A stretch of DNA of 64,000 bases from Bacillota bacterium. Lineage in GTDB: Bacteria; Bacillota_I; Bacilli_A; RF39; UBA660. The DNA lies in assembly GCA_015059195.1 (NCBI GenBank), contig SVAW01000001.1, positions 81,575 to 145,574 on the forward strand, read 5' to 3'. The position numbers and the translations under genes are program-made. The stretch's first letter is position 1; each line of letters opens with the position of its first letter. Positions 17,021 to 27,364 of this stretch are shown piece after piece. Under the pieces are notes generated by a model. The model ran no database searches and was not told the DNA's origin. It saw only the letters and a program-made list of their open reading frames with translations.

Positions 17021-17420
17021 GAAAAAAGGATTTTGGAAGTTTTTAACTGGAGCTGCGATAGGTGCAGGATTAGGAATTTTATTTGCTCCAAAAGAAGGAA
17101 GTCAAACACGTAAGGAACTAAAGCAAAAACTTGATGACATGATTGCAAAAGTAAAAGAAATTGATGTAGATGAAGTAAAAGAAAATATTGAAACCAAAAT
17201 TGCAGAAATCAAAGTTTCTTTAGAAGAGTTAGATCAAGAGACAGTTTTAAAAGTTGCAAAAAAGAAAGTTAAGGAAGTAGAGGAAGCAACTAAAAAATTA
17301 GTACAATATGCAGTAGAAAAAGGAACTCCTGTTTTAGAGGACGCTGCTAATGCAGTACGTGAAAAAGCAATTGATGTTACAAGAGAAGTTTTAAACAAAT
17401 TAGAAGCAAAAGAAAAATAG
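17007..17420 (+). CDS. YtxH-like general stress protein
   Basis: GAAIGAGLGILFAPKEGSQTRKEL motif. Confidence 0.7.
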   Translation: MKMSKKKGFWKFLTGAAIGAGLGILFAPKEGSQTRKELKQKLDDMIAKVKEIDVDEVKENIETKIAEIKVSLEELDQETVLKVAKKKVKEVEEATKKLVQYAVEKGTPVLEDAANAVREKAIDVTREVLNKLEAKEK

Positions 17421-17524
17421 GACACGTTTTTTAGTGTCTTTTTTATTACACAGTAAATAAATTTGAAAAAATACGATAAATATAGTATAATTAAAAAGCT
17501 AGTTAAAATGATTGGAGTGAGAAA

Positions 17525-18001
17525 ATGAATATTATTAAAAAACATAAGTTTTTAGTATTGTTTATAAGCATTTTTATTGTTTTAATGATTATTGTTATTT
17601 TTGGAGTGATACAGTCAAACTCTTCTTCTGATAGTAACAGCAAGTACGGGAACAGATTAGTTGGAATAGAAAACATGCAAATTACTGATTCTAGGTTACA
17701 AACTGTTAAGGGAAACGTTTTAAGTGATAAAAGTGTGAATGATTTATCACATGATATAACAGGTAGAATAATTAAAATCTTTATTCAGGTCAAACCGGAA
17801 ACAGATGAAATAAAAATACAGTCATTAATGAATATAATTTTAGAAAATTTCACTGATGATGAGAAAAAATTTTATGATTTTCAGGTATTTATAACTAATG
17901 AGGTAGAAGAGACTGAGTTATATCCAATGATTGCATATAAACATCGTAATAATGTAGCTTTTACGATAACAAAGAAGGTAGGAGAAAAGAATGAAAAATA
18001 A
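17525..18001 (+). CDS. Membrane-anchored hypothetical protein
   Basis: N-terminal TM helix. It overlaps the start of the downstream GGDEF-like gene. Confidence 0.4.
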   Translation: MNIIKKHKFLVLFISIFIVLMIIVIFGVIQSNSSSDSNSKYGNRLVGIENMQITDSRLQTVKGNVLSDKSVNDLSHDITGRIIKIFIQVKPETDEIKIQSLMNIILENFTDDEKKFYDFQVFITNEVEETELYPMIAYKHRNNVAFTITKKVGEKNEK

Positions 18002-20054
18002 GAAATTATGGATTCCTATTATTGTAGGTTTGTTAATATTAGTAGTGGGAACTATTGTGTATTTTGTCGCTTTTAAAGAAGACAAAGATACTACGTTAAC
18101 ACTAATTGAAAAACAATGGATAGAAAAAAACAAAAGCAAATTAATTGATTTGTCTATTGTGAACAATATCCCAATGATAACTTATAATGGTGATGGAATA
18201 TTTTTTGATTTCTTAAGTGATTTAGAAGATGATACTAAGTTGGAATTTAATAAGGTAGCATATAAGCAAGGTGAAGAACCAAAAAGTGAGTATGCTTTGA
18301 AGATTGTTGAAAAGGCTTTAGAAAATCAAATACTTTTATATAGAGATAATTATGTATTAGTTACAAATGGTAATACTAAATATAATAAGTTAACAGAAAT
18401 TAAAGATTTAACAATTGGAGTTTTAAATTCGGATATTGAAAAGGTAAATACATATTTAAATGCTGAATCAAATCTTTTATTAAAATCATTTGATAATTAT
18501 ACGACAATGATTAGTGATTTAACAAATTCTGAAGCATCAAGTAAAACAGTAGATGCAATTGTATTACCTAGATTAATATATTTTAAAGATATAGTAGAAA
18601 ATTCAGATTTAAATATCGCTTATCATATTTCAGAAATCACACAAGATTATGTATTACAATTAGGTAATACCGATAAATTAAATGGTATTTTAGTAAAGTA
18701 TTATACTAAATGGGAGAAAGAGTCATATAATGATTCTTATCAGAATCAATTTTTAAATAATTATTTATCATTTTCAAATGTAGATGATATTACAAAAGTC
18801 GAATTTAAAAGCAAAAGATATTCTTATGGATTTGTTCAAAATAGTCCATATGATTTAATCTATGATGGTAGATACGTAGGAATAAATCATATCTTTATGG
18901 CAAAATTTTCTGACTTTGCGGATATAGAAATAAGCTATAAAAAATATGATGATATTGATTCACTAGTTCATGATTTTAATGAAAACAAATTGGATATTAT
19001 ATTTAACAATGCAACATATTCAACATTTAATATGGATGTTTTAAATACGGTTTCTGCATATGATGAAAAAATAGCTGTTATAACCCATCTAGGAAATAAT
19101 TTAGTCGTTAATTCGATTAATTCATTAAAAAATCATGAGGTTATGGCGGTAGCCTCAAGTAAGATTGCAGATATATTAATTAAAAAGGGAATAAACGTGA
19201 AGTCATATGAAAATGTAGATACTTTATTAAGAAATGCAAATAAGAACAGCGTCATTGTTTTAGATTCTGCAGCATATGATTATTATTCTAATAATAGTTT
19301 AAAAAATTATACTACTGCTTATATTTCTGATTTGGGAGAAGATTATACTTTTACAATTAGAAAAACAGCGGATAATGATCTTTTTGCTAATTTATTAAAT
19401 TTCTATTTATCTTTCAATAATGAACAAGAATTAACAAAAGAGGGATATTATGAAGTTATGGAATTAGCAAGACACCCATTCTCACTAAAGAGCTTAGTAT
19501 TATTCATTATTGGTGTTTTAAGCGCCGGAGTATTAACGTTCTTAGGTTTCTTATTGTTGAAGCCAAAGAAAAAGGTAAAGAAAGTTAATTTATCAAAGGA
19601 AGACAAGTTAAAGTATATTGATATGTTAACGTCATTGAAAAATCGTAATTACTTAAATGATAATATTGAAAAGTGGGACGCTAGTGAAGTGTATCCGCAA
19701 ACTATTGTTATCATGGATTTAAATAATGTCGCCTACATTAATGATAATTATGGTCATGCTGAAGGAGATAAAGTTATTGGAGAGGCTGCTAATATACTAA
19801 TTACTACTCAGATGCCAAATAGTGATATAATTCGTACTAATGGTAATGAATTCTTAATATATATGGTTGGATATGATGAAAAACAAGTTGTAAGTTATGT
19901 TCGCAAACTAAATAAAGAATTTAAATCATTATCACATGGATTTGGGGCTGCGATTGGTTATAGTATGATCACAGATGCTATTAAAACGATCGATGATGCA
20001 ATTAATGAAGCCACTGCTTCAATGCGCGAAATTAAAGAAGAAATTAACTATTAA
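17991..20054 (+). CDS. Membrane receptor with large extracytoplasmic domain and degenerate GGDEF domain
   Basis: TM, ~480-aa exterior region, TM, then a GGDEF-fold region (DLNNVAYINDNYGHAEGD). The signature reads NGNEF instead of GG[DE]EF. Confidence 0.7.
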   Translation: MKNKKLWIPIIVGLLILVVGTIVYFVAFKEDKDTTLTLIEKQWIEKNKSKLIDLSIVNNIPMITYNGDGIFFDFLSDLEDDTKLEFNKVAYKQGEEPKSEYALKIVEKALENQILLYRDNYVLVTNGNTKYNKLTEIKDLTIGVLNSDIEKVNTYLNAESNLLLKSFDNYTTMISDLTNSEASSKTVDAIVLPRLIYFKDIVENSDLNIAYHISEITQDYVLQLGNTDKLNGILVKYYTKWEKESYNDSYQNQFLNNYLSFSNVDDITKVEFKSKRYSYGFVQNSPYDLIYDGRYVGINHIFMAKFSDFADIEISYKKYDDIDSLVHDFNENKLDIIFNNATYSTFNMDVLNTVSAYDEKIAVITHLGNNLVVNSINSLKNHEVMAVASSKIADILIKKGINVKSYENVDTLLRNANKNSVIVLDSAAYDYYSNNSLKNYTTAYISDLGEDYTFTIRKTADNDLFANLLNFYLSFNNEQELTKEGYYEVMELARHPFSLKSLVLFIIGVLSAGVLTFLGFLLLKPKKKVKKVNLSKEDKLKYIDMLTSLKNRNYLNDNIEKWDASEVYPQTIVIMDLNNVAYINDNYGHAEGDKVIGEAANILITTQMPNSDIIRTNGNEFLIYMVGYDEKQVVSYVRKLNKEFKSLSHGFGAAIGYSMITDAIKTIDDAINEATASMREIKEEINY

Positions 20055-20117
20055 TTTCTTCTTTTTTTATGATTTGCCTTTTTTCTACTTTTTTGATATT
20101 CTTAATTAGGTGATATA

Positions 20118-20948
20118 GTGAAAAAGTTTAAAACCTTTATTAATAATATTTATGAAATGATTACTAGACCAGAAATGAAAATATTACCTGGGCAATTAGC
20201 GTATTTTTTAGTGTTATCTGTAATTCCTATTACAGTATTGATAGGTTTTATATGTTCTATTATAAATATATCTTTAGATGGATTTATTAACGCAATTAAT
20301 AACGTGCTGCCTGTAGGGATTGCAGAAATTTTAGTACCATTTATTAATGGAGAAGGTTTGAATATAACTGTCGGAATTTCAATGATAGTGGGATTTATAT
20401 TAGCCTCAAATGGGCCGCATTCGATTATAATTACTTCTAATACATTATATGGAATTAAACATTCCAGTTATCTGTCGCGTCACATAAAAGCGTTCTTATT
20501 GACCATATTAATAGTAAACCTATTTATATTTACAATGATAGTATTAGCTTTTGGAAATCATATAGTTCATTTTATTTTTGATGCACGAATATTTGAAACG
20601 ATAAGTCCATATATATATCAAGGATTTGTATATCTTAAGTGGCCAATTGGACTTTTAATAGTGTTTGTTACTGTTAAGCTAATTTATACAATTGCCCCAG
20701 ATGCAAGAATTCCAAGCAAATATAATACTACTGGTTCTATATTGACTACAGTACTGTGGAGTATAGTCACCATTATTTATTCTTATTATGTTTCAAATTT
20801 TAATAACTATGACGTTATTTATGGAAGTCTAGCTAATATAGCTATATTAATGTTATGGGTATATATATTATCGTATATTTTAGTTTTAGGCATGGCAATA
20901 AACGTTCATGAATATGAAATATCAGAAGATTATAATAAAATTTCATAA
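20118..20948 (+). CDS. YihY/BrkB family membrane protein
   Basis: Polytopic protein with N-terminal LPGQLAYFLVLSVIP motif. GTG start. Confidence 0.65.
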   Translation: MKKFKTFINNIYEMITRPEMKILPGQLAYFLVLSVIPITVLIGFICSIINISLDGFINAINNVLPVGIAEILVPFINGEGLNITVGISMIVGFILASNGPHSIIITSNTLYGIKHSSYLSRHIKAFLLTILIVNLFIFTMIVLAFGNHIVHFIFDARIFETISPYIYQGFVYLKWPIGLLIVFVTVKLIYTIAPDARIPSKYNTTGSILTTVLWSIVTIIYSYYVSNFNNYDVIYGSLANIAILMLWVYILSYILVLGMAINVHEYEISEDYNKIS

Positions 20949-21167
20949 AGTGAACATAATAACAATGGTACATATATTATTACCTATATGTATTAAAACA
21001 CAGACTAGTAAATACTCAATCTAGTTTTACTGTGAACTAACAAGTATTTGTTTATGATGGTAATACTTTCTCCTTTTTAGTAAGACAAGCAAATGCTTGT
21101 CTTTTTTTGAAAATTGAAAAAATAGATAAAAAGTGGTATACTTATCACAGTAATTTGAGGTGATATA

Positions 21168-23195
21168 GTGAAAAAGTTGTTTGATAGAATAAAAAACAAA
21201 TCTCGTTTTAACTATAAGCAATATTTTAAAACAAACATATTGTTTTTCACTTTTGTAATTAGTTCTGTGATAAATGCGACTATGTTACGTTATTTAACGG
21301 TTCGCAATTACTTTGATTTTAGGCCAATAATTGCGGATTTAGCAATTGTATTATTAATTGGTGCGTTTGGATATTTTTTTAAGCCCAAGCATCAATTTAA
21401 ATACTTTTTTTCAATTAGTATCTTATTTACAGCGGTGTGTGTTATAAATTCTATGTATTATACGAATTATTTATCATATGCTTCTGTTTCCTTATTAGCA
21501 ACGTCTATGCAAATTGTAGATGTGGGAGATGCCATTGTAGAAAATGTTATGGAACTAAAAGATTTTAGTTATATATGGCAAATATTTGTTATGTATTTTG
21601 TGCATGTGACTTTAAAATCTAAATCATATTATGTAGAGGTTACAAAAACAGAAAATGGTAAGAAGAATTTTAAAGGAACTATTTTAAGCGGTTTAATTTT
21701 TGCGTTAGTTTTTATAGTAACATTAACCGCAACAGATATAGGTCGTTTAGGCAAACAGTGGAATAGAGAGTATATTGTGATGCGCTATGGTATCTACGTA
21801 TATCAAATTAATGATATAATTGGTAATTTATCACCAACAATTAATAGTATGTTTGGTTATGATAGAAATGCGAAAATATTTAGAGAATATTATGAAGAAA
21901 ATCCGCTAGAGGTAACTAATAATCAATATACAGATATATTTAAAGGTAAAAACGTTATTGCCATTCATGCGGAAAGTATTCAACAGTTCACATTGGGTTT
22001 AAGTTTTAATGATAAAGAATTAACGCCAACATTAAATAAGCTAGCTAGTGAAGGTATTTATTTTTCTAACTTTTATGCACAAGAAAGTGTTGGAACAAGT
22101 AGTGATAGTGAGTTTATCTTTAATACAGGTTTAATGCCAGCTTCTAGTGGTACTGTTGCTATTAATTATTTTGACCGTGAATACATTACTATTCAAAAAT
22201 TGTTGAAAAATCAAGGATATTACACATTTAGTATGCATGGAAATAATGGGACATTTTGGAATCGAAATTTATTACATGAAAGCTTTGGATATGATAATTT
22301 TTATTATCATACAAAAGATTATGTGATTGATGAAACCATAGGATTAGGTCTTTCTGACAAATCATTCTTCTTACAATCGATTCCTAAAATTAAAACAATT
22401 AGTGAATCAAATAAAAATTTTTATGGAACATTAATTATGCTTACAAATCACACCCCGTTTTCTTATATAGAGCCATATAGTGATTATAGTGTTGATTTAG
22501 AAATTGAGACAGTTAATCCTAAAACAGGTAAGAAAAAGGTTGAGATTAAACCATATTTAGAAGGAACTGTTTTGGGTAATTATTTGAAATCAGTTCATTA
22601 TGCAGATGAAGCGATTGGAGAATTGATTGAAGGCTTAGATGAAGAAGGAATTTTAGATAATACCGTTATTATTATATACGGTGATCATGATGCTAAAATT
22701 AAACCAAGTGAGTATGAATATTTTTATAATTACAACCCAGAAACAGGAGAAATGTTAGATAAAAATGACCCTAATTATCATGAGGTAGATGCGTATGAGT
22801 ATGAATTAAATCGTAAAGTTCCGTTTATTATTTGGGCAAAAGATCAAGAATTTTCTACAGAAGTAACAGAAGTGATGGGAATGTATGATGTTTTACCAAC
22901 GCTTGGAAATATGATGGGATTCCATAGTGAATATTCATTAGGTCATGACATCTTTAGTGTAGAGGAAAATTTGGTTGTTTTTCCTGAAGGCAACTGGTTA
23001 ACTAATAAAATGTATTATAATAGTCAAAGACAAGAGGGACTACTATTAGATTTGGATATTCCTGTCAGTGTAGATTATATTGAAAAGAATTGCGAAATAG
23101 CAGAAGAATATATTTCTGTTTCTAACGCAATTATTACATATGATTTAATACGAAAAACTAAAGAGTCAAGTCATCTTTTAAAGACATATAAATAA
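21168..23195 (+). CDS. LTA synthase (LtaS) family sulfatase-domain protein
   Basis: Five N-terminal TM helices plus an extracellular sulfatase-like domain (ESVGTSSDSEF, NHTPF, YGDHD). Confidence 0.8.
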   Translation: MKKLFDRIKNKSRFNYKQYFKTNILFFTFVISSVINATMLRYLTVRNYFDFRPIIADLAIVLLIGAFGYFFKPKHQFKYFFSISILFTAVCVINSMYYTNYLSYASVSLLATSMQIVDVGDAIVENVMELKDFSYIWQIFVMYFVHVTLKSKSYYVEVTKTENGKKNFKGTILSGLIFALVFIVTLTATDIGRLGKQWNREYIVMRYGIYVYQINDIIGNLSPTINSMFGYDRNAKIFREYYEENPLEVTNNQYTDIFKGKNVIAIHAESIQQFTLGLSFNDKELTPTLNKLASEGIYFSNFYAQESVGTSSDSEFIFNTGLMPASSGTVAINYFDREYITIQKLLKNQGYYTFSMHGNNGTFWNRNLLHESFGYDNFYYHTKDYVIDETIGLGLSDKSFFLQSIPKIKTISESNKNFYGTLIMLTNHTPFSYIEPYSDYSVDLEIETVNPKTGKKKVEIKPYLEGTVLGNYLKSVHYADEAIGELIEGLDEEGILDNTVIIIYGDHDAKIKPSEYEYFYNYNPETGEMLDKNDPNYHEVDAYEYELNRKVPFIIWAKDQEFSTEVTEVMGMYDVLPTLGNMMGFHSEYSLGHDIFSVEENLVVFPEGNWLTNKMYYNSQRQEGLLLDLDIPVSVDYIEKNCEIAEEYISVSNAIITYDLIRKTKESSHLLKTYK

Positions 23196-23213
23196 AATTA
23201 TATGTCTTTTTTT
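23182..23213 (+). terminator. Intrinsic terminator after the ltaS-like gene
   Basis: agacatata-loop-tatatgtct followed by a T-run. Confidence 0.8.
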
Positions 23214-23286
23214 GTTAAAACGATATGACTTATTGTTTGCAATTTGTGATATAATGTTTTAAGAAAAGTATACGAGGTGTACAATT

Positions 23287-23538
23287 ATGCTGCCTAAATT
23301 AAAAAAAGATGATTATTTAAATCAAGGTTATGACTTTTGGAAAAACTATCGAGAAAGTTTAACAAAATTGTTAGAAGAATCTGATATAGTAGAAAATAAA
23401 TATGAAAAGAGTGCTGAGAATATAGTAGCTATGGCAAAAGAAACTGGTATTAAGCCAACCGCGAGATATTTTAATATTACCCCGGCATCAGTTAGATATT
23501 ACATCAAAAAAGCACACCAAAAAAAAGATATTGATTAA
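23287..23538 (+). CDS. Small hypothetical protein
   Basis: 83-aa ORF followed by the hairpin gatattgat/atcaatatc and a T-run at 23527-23561. Confidence 0.4.
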   Translation: MLPKLKKDDYLNQGYDFWKNYRESLTKLLEESDIVENKYEKSAENIVAMAKETGIKPTARYFNITPASVRYYIKKAHQKKDID

Positions 23539-23674
23539 ATATATTTATCAATATCCTTTTTGTTTTAGGCATCGTATTGCCCTTATACTATTTTAGGATA
23601 ATTCCAATATAATGGATGATTTATTATAATGTTTATGATATAATTAAATTGTATGTAATAGTTTGGAGGAAATT

Positions 23675-24430
23675 ATGAAATTAAAAATTGCTAGTTATAA
23701 TATTAGCGGCGGATTTTATGAAGGCGATCAAAGTGTAGATTTTTTTGATAAAGAAAAATCTAATGATATTGATTTAAGACTTTTAAATGACATTGTTAAA
23801 ATTATTAATGACGAAGATATAGATATTATTTGTTTTCAGGAAATTATTACAACTAAAAGTATTAATTATATAAACATGATTATAGAAAAAACAAATTTAA
23901 AATATGAAGAACATTTTGAATTAAGCCCATGCCACATTATAGAAAATACAGAATGTGGTGTTGCAATTTTATCAAAATACCAAATGGATAATATTATTAA
24001 AAAAATGTTTATAAACCCAATGCTTTCAAAAACTACAAGTAGTGGTAAAACGTATTATACTTTTGATAAGGGATTGTTAATATCCAGAATTAATATTGAT
24101 AATAATTATATAAATATTTTAACGCATCATGGATTTCCATTTAGAAGATTTAATTCAACGCCTGAAGATAACATCAAGACTTTTATAGAATTTGATAATT
24201 ATATTAAAGAATATAATCCAGATGTTATCACAGGAGATTTTAATAGCGAGAATTTTATTAATATGATGCCTTATACAAAAGATAATTATATTAAAACAAT
24301 TAATGAAGCAACTACAGATGACGGAATGAAATTTGATAATATTTTATTAAAACACTATTGCATATATTCATCAAAAATTATTCAATCATTATCTGATCAT
24401 TTTATGATTATAAATGAAATAGAATTTTAG
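23675..24430 (+). CDS. Endonuclease/exonuclease/phosphatase (EEP) family protein
   Basis: IASYNI...CFQEI...SDHF pattern. ATG 23675 lies after GGAGG. Confidence 0.65.
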   Translation: MKLKIASYNISGGFYEGDQSVDFFDKEKSNDIDLRLLNDIVKIINDEDIDIICFQEIITTKSINYINMIIEKTNLKYEEHFELSPCHIIENTECGVAILSKYQMDNIIKKMFINPMLSKTTSSGKTYYTFDKGLLISRINIDNNYINILTHHGFPFRRFNSTPEDNIKTFIEFDNYIKEYNPDVITGDFNSENFINMMPYTKDNYIKTINEATTDDGMKFDNILLKHYCIYSSKIIQSLSDHFMIINEIEF

Positions 24431-24441
24431 GGAGTGACAGA

Positions 24442-24876
24442 ATGGAAGAGAAATTTTTAAAATTAATTAATATGTGTAAAACCGGTATCGATATAACAAA
24501 TGAAAATGTTGGAGAGGGAATGTTTTTGGTAGATAGAGGAACATTTCAACTTGTAATCCCTTCAGATAATACTGATAGTCATGGTGACTTCTTTGTTTAT
24601 TCAATTAAAGGACATGATTGTTATTCTTATAATAGTGAAAGTACTCACGTTTATCATATTATTGATGGTACAGGGAAATTTATTATAGATGATGAAACGG
24701 TTGAGGTTAATCCCGGGGATACAATTACGATTGAACCCAATAAAGTATTTACATATGAAGGGAATATGATTATAACTTTTGAAATGACTCCTAACTTTAA
24801 GGAAGAAAACGATCATTTCGTAAAACAAGTAGATTATGATGTTGATTTAAAAAAGCAAGGGAGAAAGGCAAAATGA
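24442..24876 (+). CDS. Cupin-like small protein
   Basis: HIIDGTGKFIIDDETVEVNPGDTITIEPN resembles a cupin beta-barrel motif. Confidence 0.45.
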   Translation: MEEKFLKLINMCKTGIDITNENVGEGMFLVDRGTFQLVIPSDNTDSHGDFFVYSIKGHDCYSYNSESTHVYHIIDGTGKFIIDDETVEVNPGDTITIEPNKVFTYEGNMIITFEMTPNFKEENDHFVKQVDYDVDLKKQGRKAK

Positions 24877-25589
24877 GAAATATTATTATTACAGGGGCAG
24901 CTAGTGGAGTGGGTAAAGCAGTTGTTAAAGAACTTAAAAATGAAAATTTAATTTTATTAGATATTGATAAAGAAAACTTACATCAAACGGCTAATGAATT
25001 TAGCAAAGATTTCTATGTATGCAATTTAACCGATTGTGACAGCATTAAAAGCGTAATTGCCTCAATTAAAGAAAAATATAATAAAATTGATTGCCTTATA
25101 AACTGTGCAGGAATGTGGATTTCTGGTGACATGTCAAAATTAGAAGAACCATTGTTTGATAGTATGAACTCGTTAGAGAGAATCAAATCAGTTATAGATA
25201 CGAATGTTTTTGGAACTATTGCAATGGTAAAAAGTATATTCCCAATTATGAAAAACCAAGGTTATGGGCAAATAATAAATATTAACTCTCAAAGTGGAGT
25301 TATGTGTGAACCACCATTTCCTATTTATAATGCGACTAAACGTGGAACTTATGCCTTTAGAAAAGCAGTTCAAGATGATCTGGCAAGAAATAATATAAAG
25401 ATTACCGATGTATGTCCAGGATTAATTCAAACTGAATTTTACAAAAGAGCCAGTAATGAACTACCTCAAAATATAATGGATTGCGGATTAACTCCAGAAG
25501 ATGTCGCTAAAACAGTTAAATATGTTTTTGAATTACCACATGAAATAACAATACCTAGTATTGAAGTTAGACATATCAAAAATTATTAA
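24873..25589 (+). CDS. SDR family oxidoreductase
   Basis: TGAASGVGKA Rossmann motif and the YNATK catalytic motif. Confidence 0.85.
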   Translation: MRNIIITGAASGVGKAVVKELKNENLILLDIDKENLHQTANEFSKDFYVCNLTDCDSIKSVIASIKEKYNKIDCLINCAGMWISGDMSKLEEPLFDSMNSLERIKSVIDTNVFGTIAMVKSIFPIMKNQGYGQIININSQSGVMCEPPFPIYNATKRGTYAFRKAVQDDLARNNIKITDVCPGLIQTEFYKRASNELPQNIMDCGLTPEDVAKTVKYVFELPHEITIPSIEVRHIKNY

Positions 25590-26152
25590 ACGATGACTTA
25601 TAATAACAAGCCATCGTCTTTTTATTTTTCTACAAGTAGTGTATCTACTTTATTAAGCCGGGATAGCTATTTTTCATTTTGTTTTGAATAATGATTTTTC
25701 AATAACTATTTCGTGTTTAATAATATTTGCAATAGAACTCATTACTTCTCCTTAAGGTAGTATTTGTATCACCTCAAACTAAAAAACTAATTCATTTCTG
25801 AATTGGCTGTATTTGAGTTTAATGAGTTTGAGCCAATTTATTTATGAAGTTGCCTTTGATGGAATTACAAAAAAAGAATGGCCTCAATTTATTATAATTC
25901 TACTATTATTTTTCATAGTAATCACCTTACTATTTAAATAATAAAAACATCTGATTTCAACAAGAGTTGATTTCAGATGCAATCCATTAAGGGAATGCAT
26001 TTGATTCTCGCAATCAAATGTATCCTTTTTTATTTTATGAAGTTTCCCTCATCTGTATTCATTTTAACATAAAATTAACCTAAAAGCAAATTTTAATATT
26101 AAATTTTATTATAATAATATATGAACTAAATGTTCGGATCATCTTTATATTT

Positions 26153-26758
26153 TTATAATTTTTTTACTTTTCCATTTTTTAATTTTATTTTTTTAGAAAT
26201 ATGATCAATTATAAACATATAACAAGATTCATTTGGATGTAGGCCATCTTCTGTGTAAATATGGTTAATAATTCCATCATCACCAAGTAATTCATTATAT
26301 AAATCTAAATAATCTATTTCATTTTCTTCACAATATTTTCTTAATTTTTCATTTAATATAACCACTTTAGCATTTGTATTAATATATTTAGTTGGATATA
26401 ATAGTTGAACTAAAATATCTTTACCACTACTAATGATATCTTGAATAAATAATTTTATTTTTTCAAAAGTATCATCTAAAGACTCTTTCCCATCATAATC
26501 ACAATCAGGTCTTAATAAATTGTTTATTCCAATCAGCAAAACAAAACAATCTATTTCATCTTTTTCAACATCTTTCCAACAATAATTATGATAACTACCA
26601 ACTCCTATATTAGAAACTCCACAAATATTAAAAATTATATCATTATCAGGTAATTTATCTGAAACCATTGGAACATTAAAACCTCGTCTCATTTCTTTAT
26701 CTATTACATAAGGCATATATTCAGTTATTGAATCACCTAACAAAGCTACTTTTTTCAT
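26153..26758 (-). CDS. SGNH/GDSL hydrolase
   Basis: N-terminal ALLGDSITE block I and C-terminal DGLHPN block V. Confidence 0.75.
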   Translation of the reverse strand: MKKVALLGDSITEYMPYVIDKEMRRGFNVPMVSDKLPDNDIIFNICGVSNIGVGSYHNYCWKDVEKDEIDCFVLLIGINNLLRPDCDYDGKESLDDTFEKIKLFIQDIISSGKDILVQLLYPTKYINTNAKVVILNEKLRKYCEENEIDYLDLYNELLGDDGIINHIYTEDGLHPNESCYMFIIDHISKKIKLKNGKVKKL

Positions 26759-26918
26759 ATTCCCTCCTTTAGTAAATTATACTTTACATATTGCCTTAAA
26801 AAAAGTCAATTGTTGATTTGTTATAATTTATATATCTTTACCACAAAACAAGACCAATTACAAAAACAAAATTATTTAAATATAAAAAAACCTTGAATTT
26901 CAAGGATAAAAATTCTTA

Positions 26919-26992
26919 TGGAGGGCCTAGTCGGATTTGAACCAACGATCAGGGAGTTGCAGTCCCACGCCTTACCACTTGGCTATAGACCC
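26919..26992 (-). tRNA. tRNA-Cys (anticodon GCA), CCA encoded
   Basis: The reverse complement reads GGGTCTA...GGGACTGCAACTCCC...GGTTCAAATCC...TAGGCCCTCCA. It has a 7-bp acceptor stem, a T-loop and discriminator U. A hairpin plus T-run lies downstream on the minus strand (26891-26905). Confidence 0.9.
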
Positions 26993-27116
26993 GTATTGCA
27001 CATTTAATTTTACACTAATAGTTTTTTTTTGTCAATTATTAAATAAATATCATTTTATATATTTTTAAATAATTGATTGATATCCATATTTAATTTTATG
27101 CATAACAGCATAATTG

Positions 27117-27145
27117 TTGACTAACAAAAACAAACGTGTTAAAAT
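27117..27145 (+). promoter_or_regulatory. Candidate sigma-A promoter of the serS leader
   Basis: TTGACT, 17-nt spacer, TAAAAT. Confidence 0.6.
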
Positions 27146-27149
27146 TAAT

Positions 27150-27352
27150 ACATAAATCGTTGACAGAAATTAGTAATAAATAGTTCATTTGTAAGAGAGT
27201 TCGTGGTTGGTGTAAACGAATAATGGATGTTTATGAATCTCTTCTGGAGAGGTGAGGTAATGTTCGCCCGGCTAGTCCGTTAAAAGAAATTAAGACTGTT
27301 AGTAGGATGGTACCGTGGATTTCACTCCTATATGATGGTCTTTTATTATTAT
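27150..27352 (+). promoter_or_regulatory. T-box leader (Ser-specific by context)
   Basis: AGAGAG box, UCU codons in the putative specifier region (gaatctcttctgg) and T-box sequence AGGATGGTACCGTGG at 27304-27318. It lies directly upstream of serS. The terminator helix was not resolved by eye. Confidence 0.75.
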
Positions 27353-27364
27353 AAGGAGGAAAAT

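Noticed and set aside
16684-17148. A 154-aa minus-strand ORF spanning three plus-strand genes, plus other long antisense ORFs (10792-11223, 12961-13278, 17234-17545, 29201-29593, 38133-38390, 39490-39825, 42828-43223).
   Set aside because: All lie antisense to confidently identified genes (rnfC, rnfE, the YtxH-like gene, rpsT, nfo and others). They lack SDs and have low-complexity hydrophobic translations typical of AT-rich antisense frames.
20108-20128. An identical 21-nt string aggtgatatagtgaaaaagtt forms the RBS, the GTG start and the first codons of both the yihY-like gene (20108-20128) and the ltaS-like gene (21158-21178).
   Set aside because: It is striking for a 64-kb window. However, it covers only SD + spacer + GTG-AAA-AAG-TT, all built from the preferred local translation-initiation vocabulary (GGTGAT SD, Lys-rich N-termini). 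No extended similarity flanks it, so I treat it as coincidence or a micro-duplication.
21027-21108. A possible small RNA or leader between the yihY-like and ltaS-like genes, marked by the hairpin agacaagca/tgcttgtct plus T-run at ~21083-21110.
   Set aside because: It is most simply the terminator of the upstream yihY-like transcript. A TTGAAA-17-TATACT promoter for ltaS follows. No conserved RNA motif was recognised.
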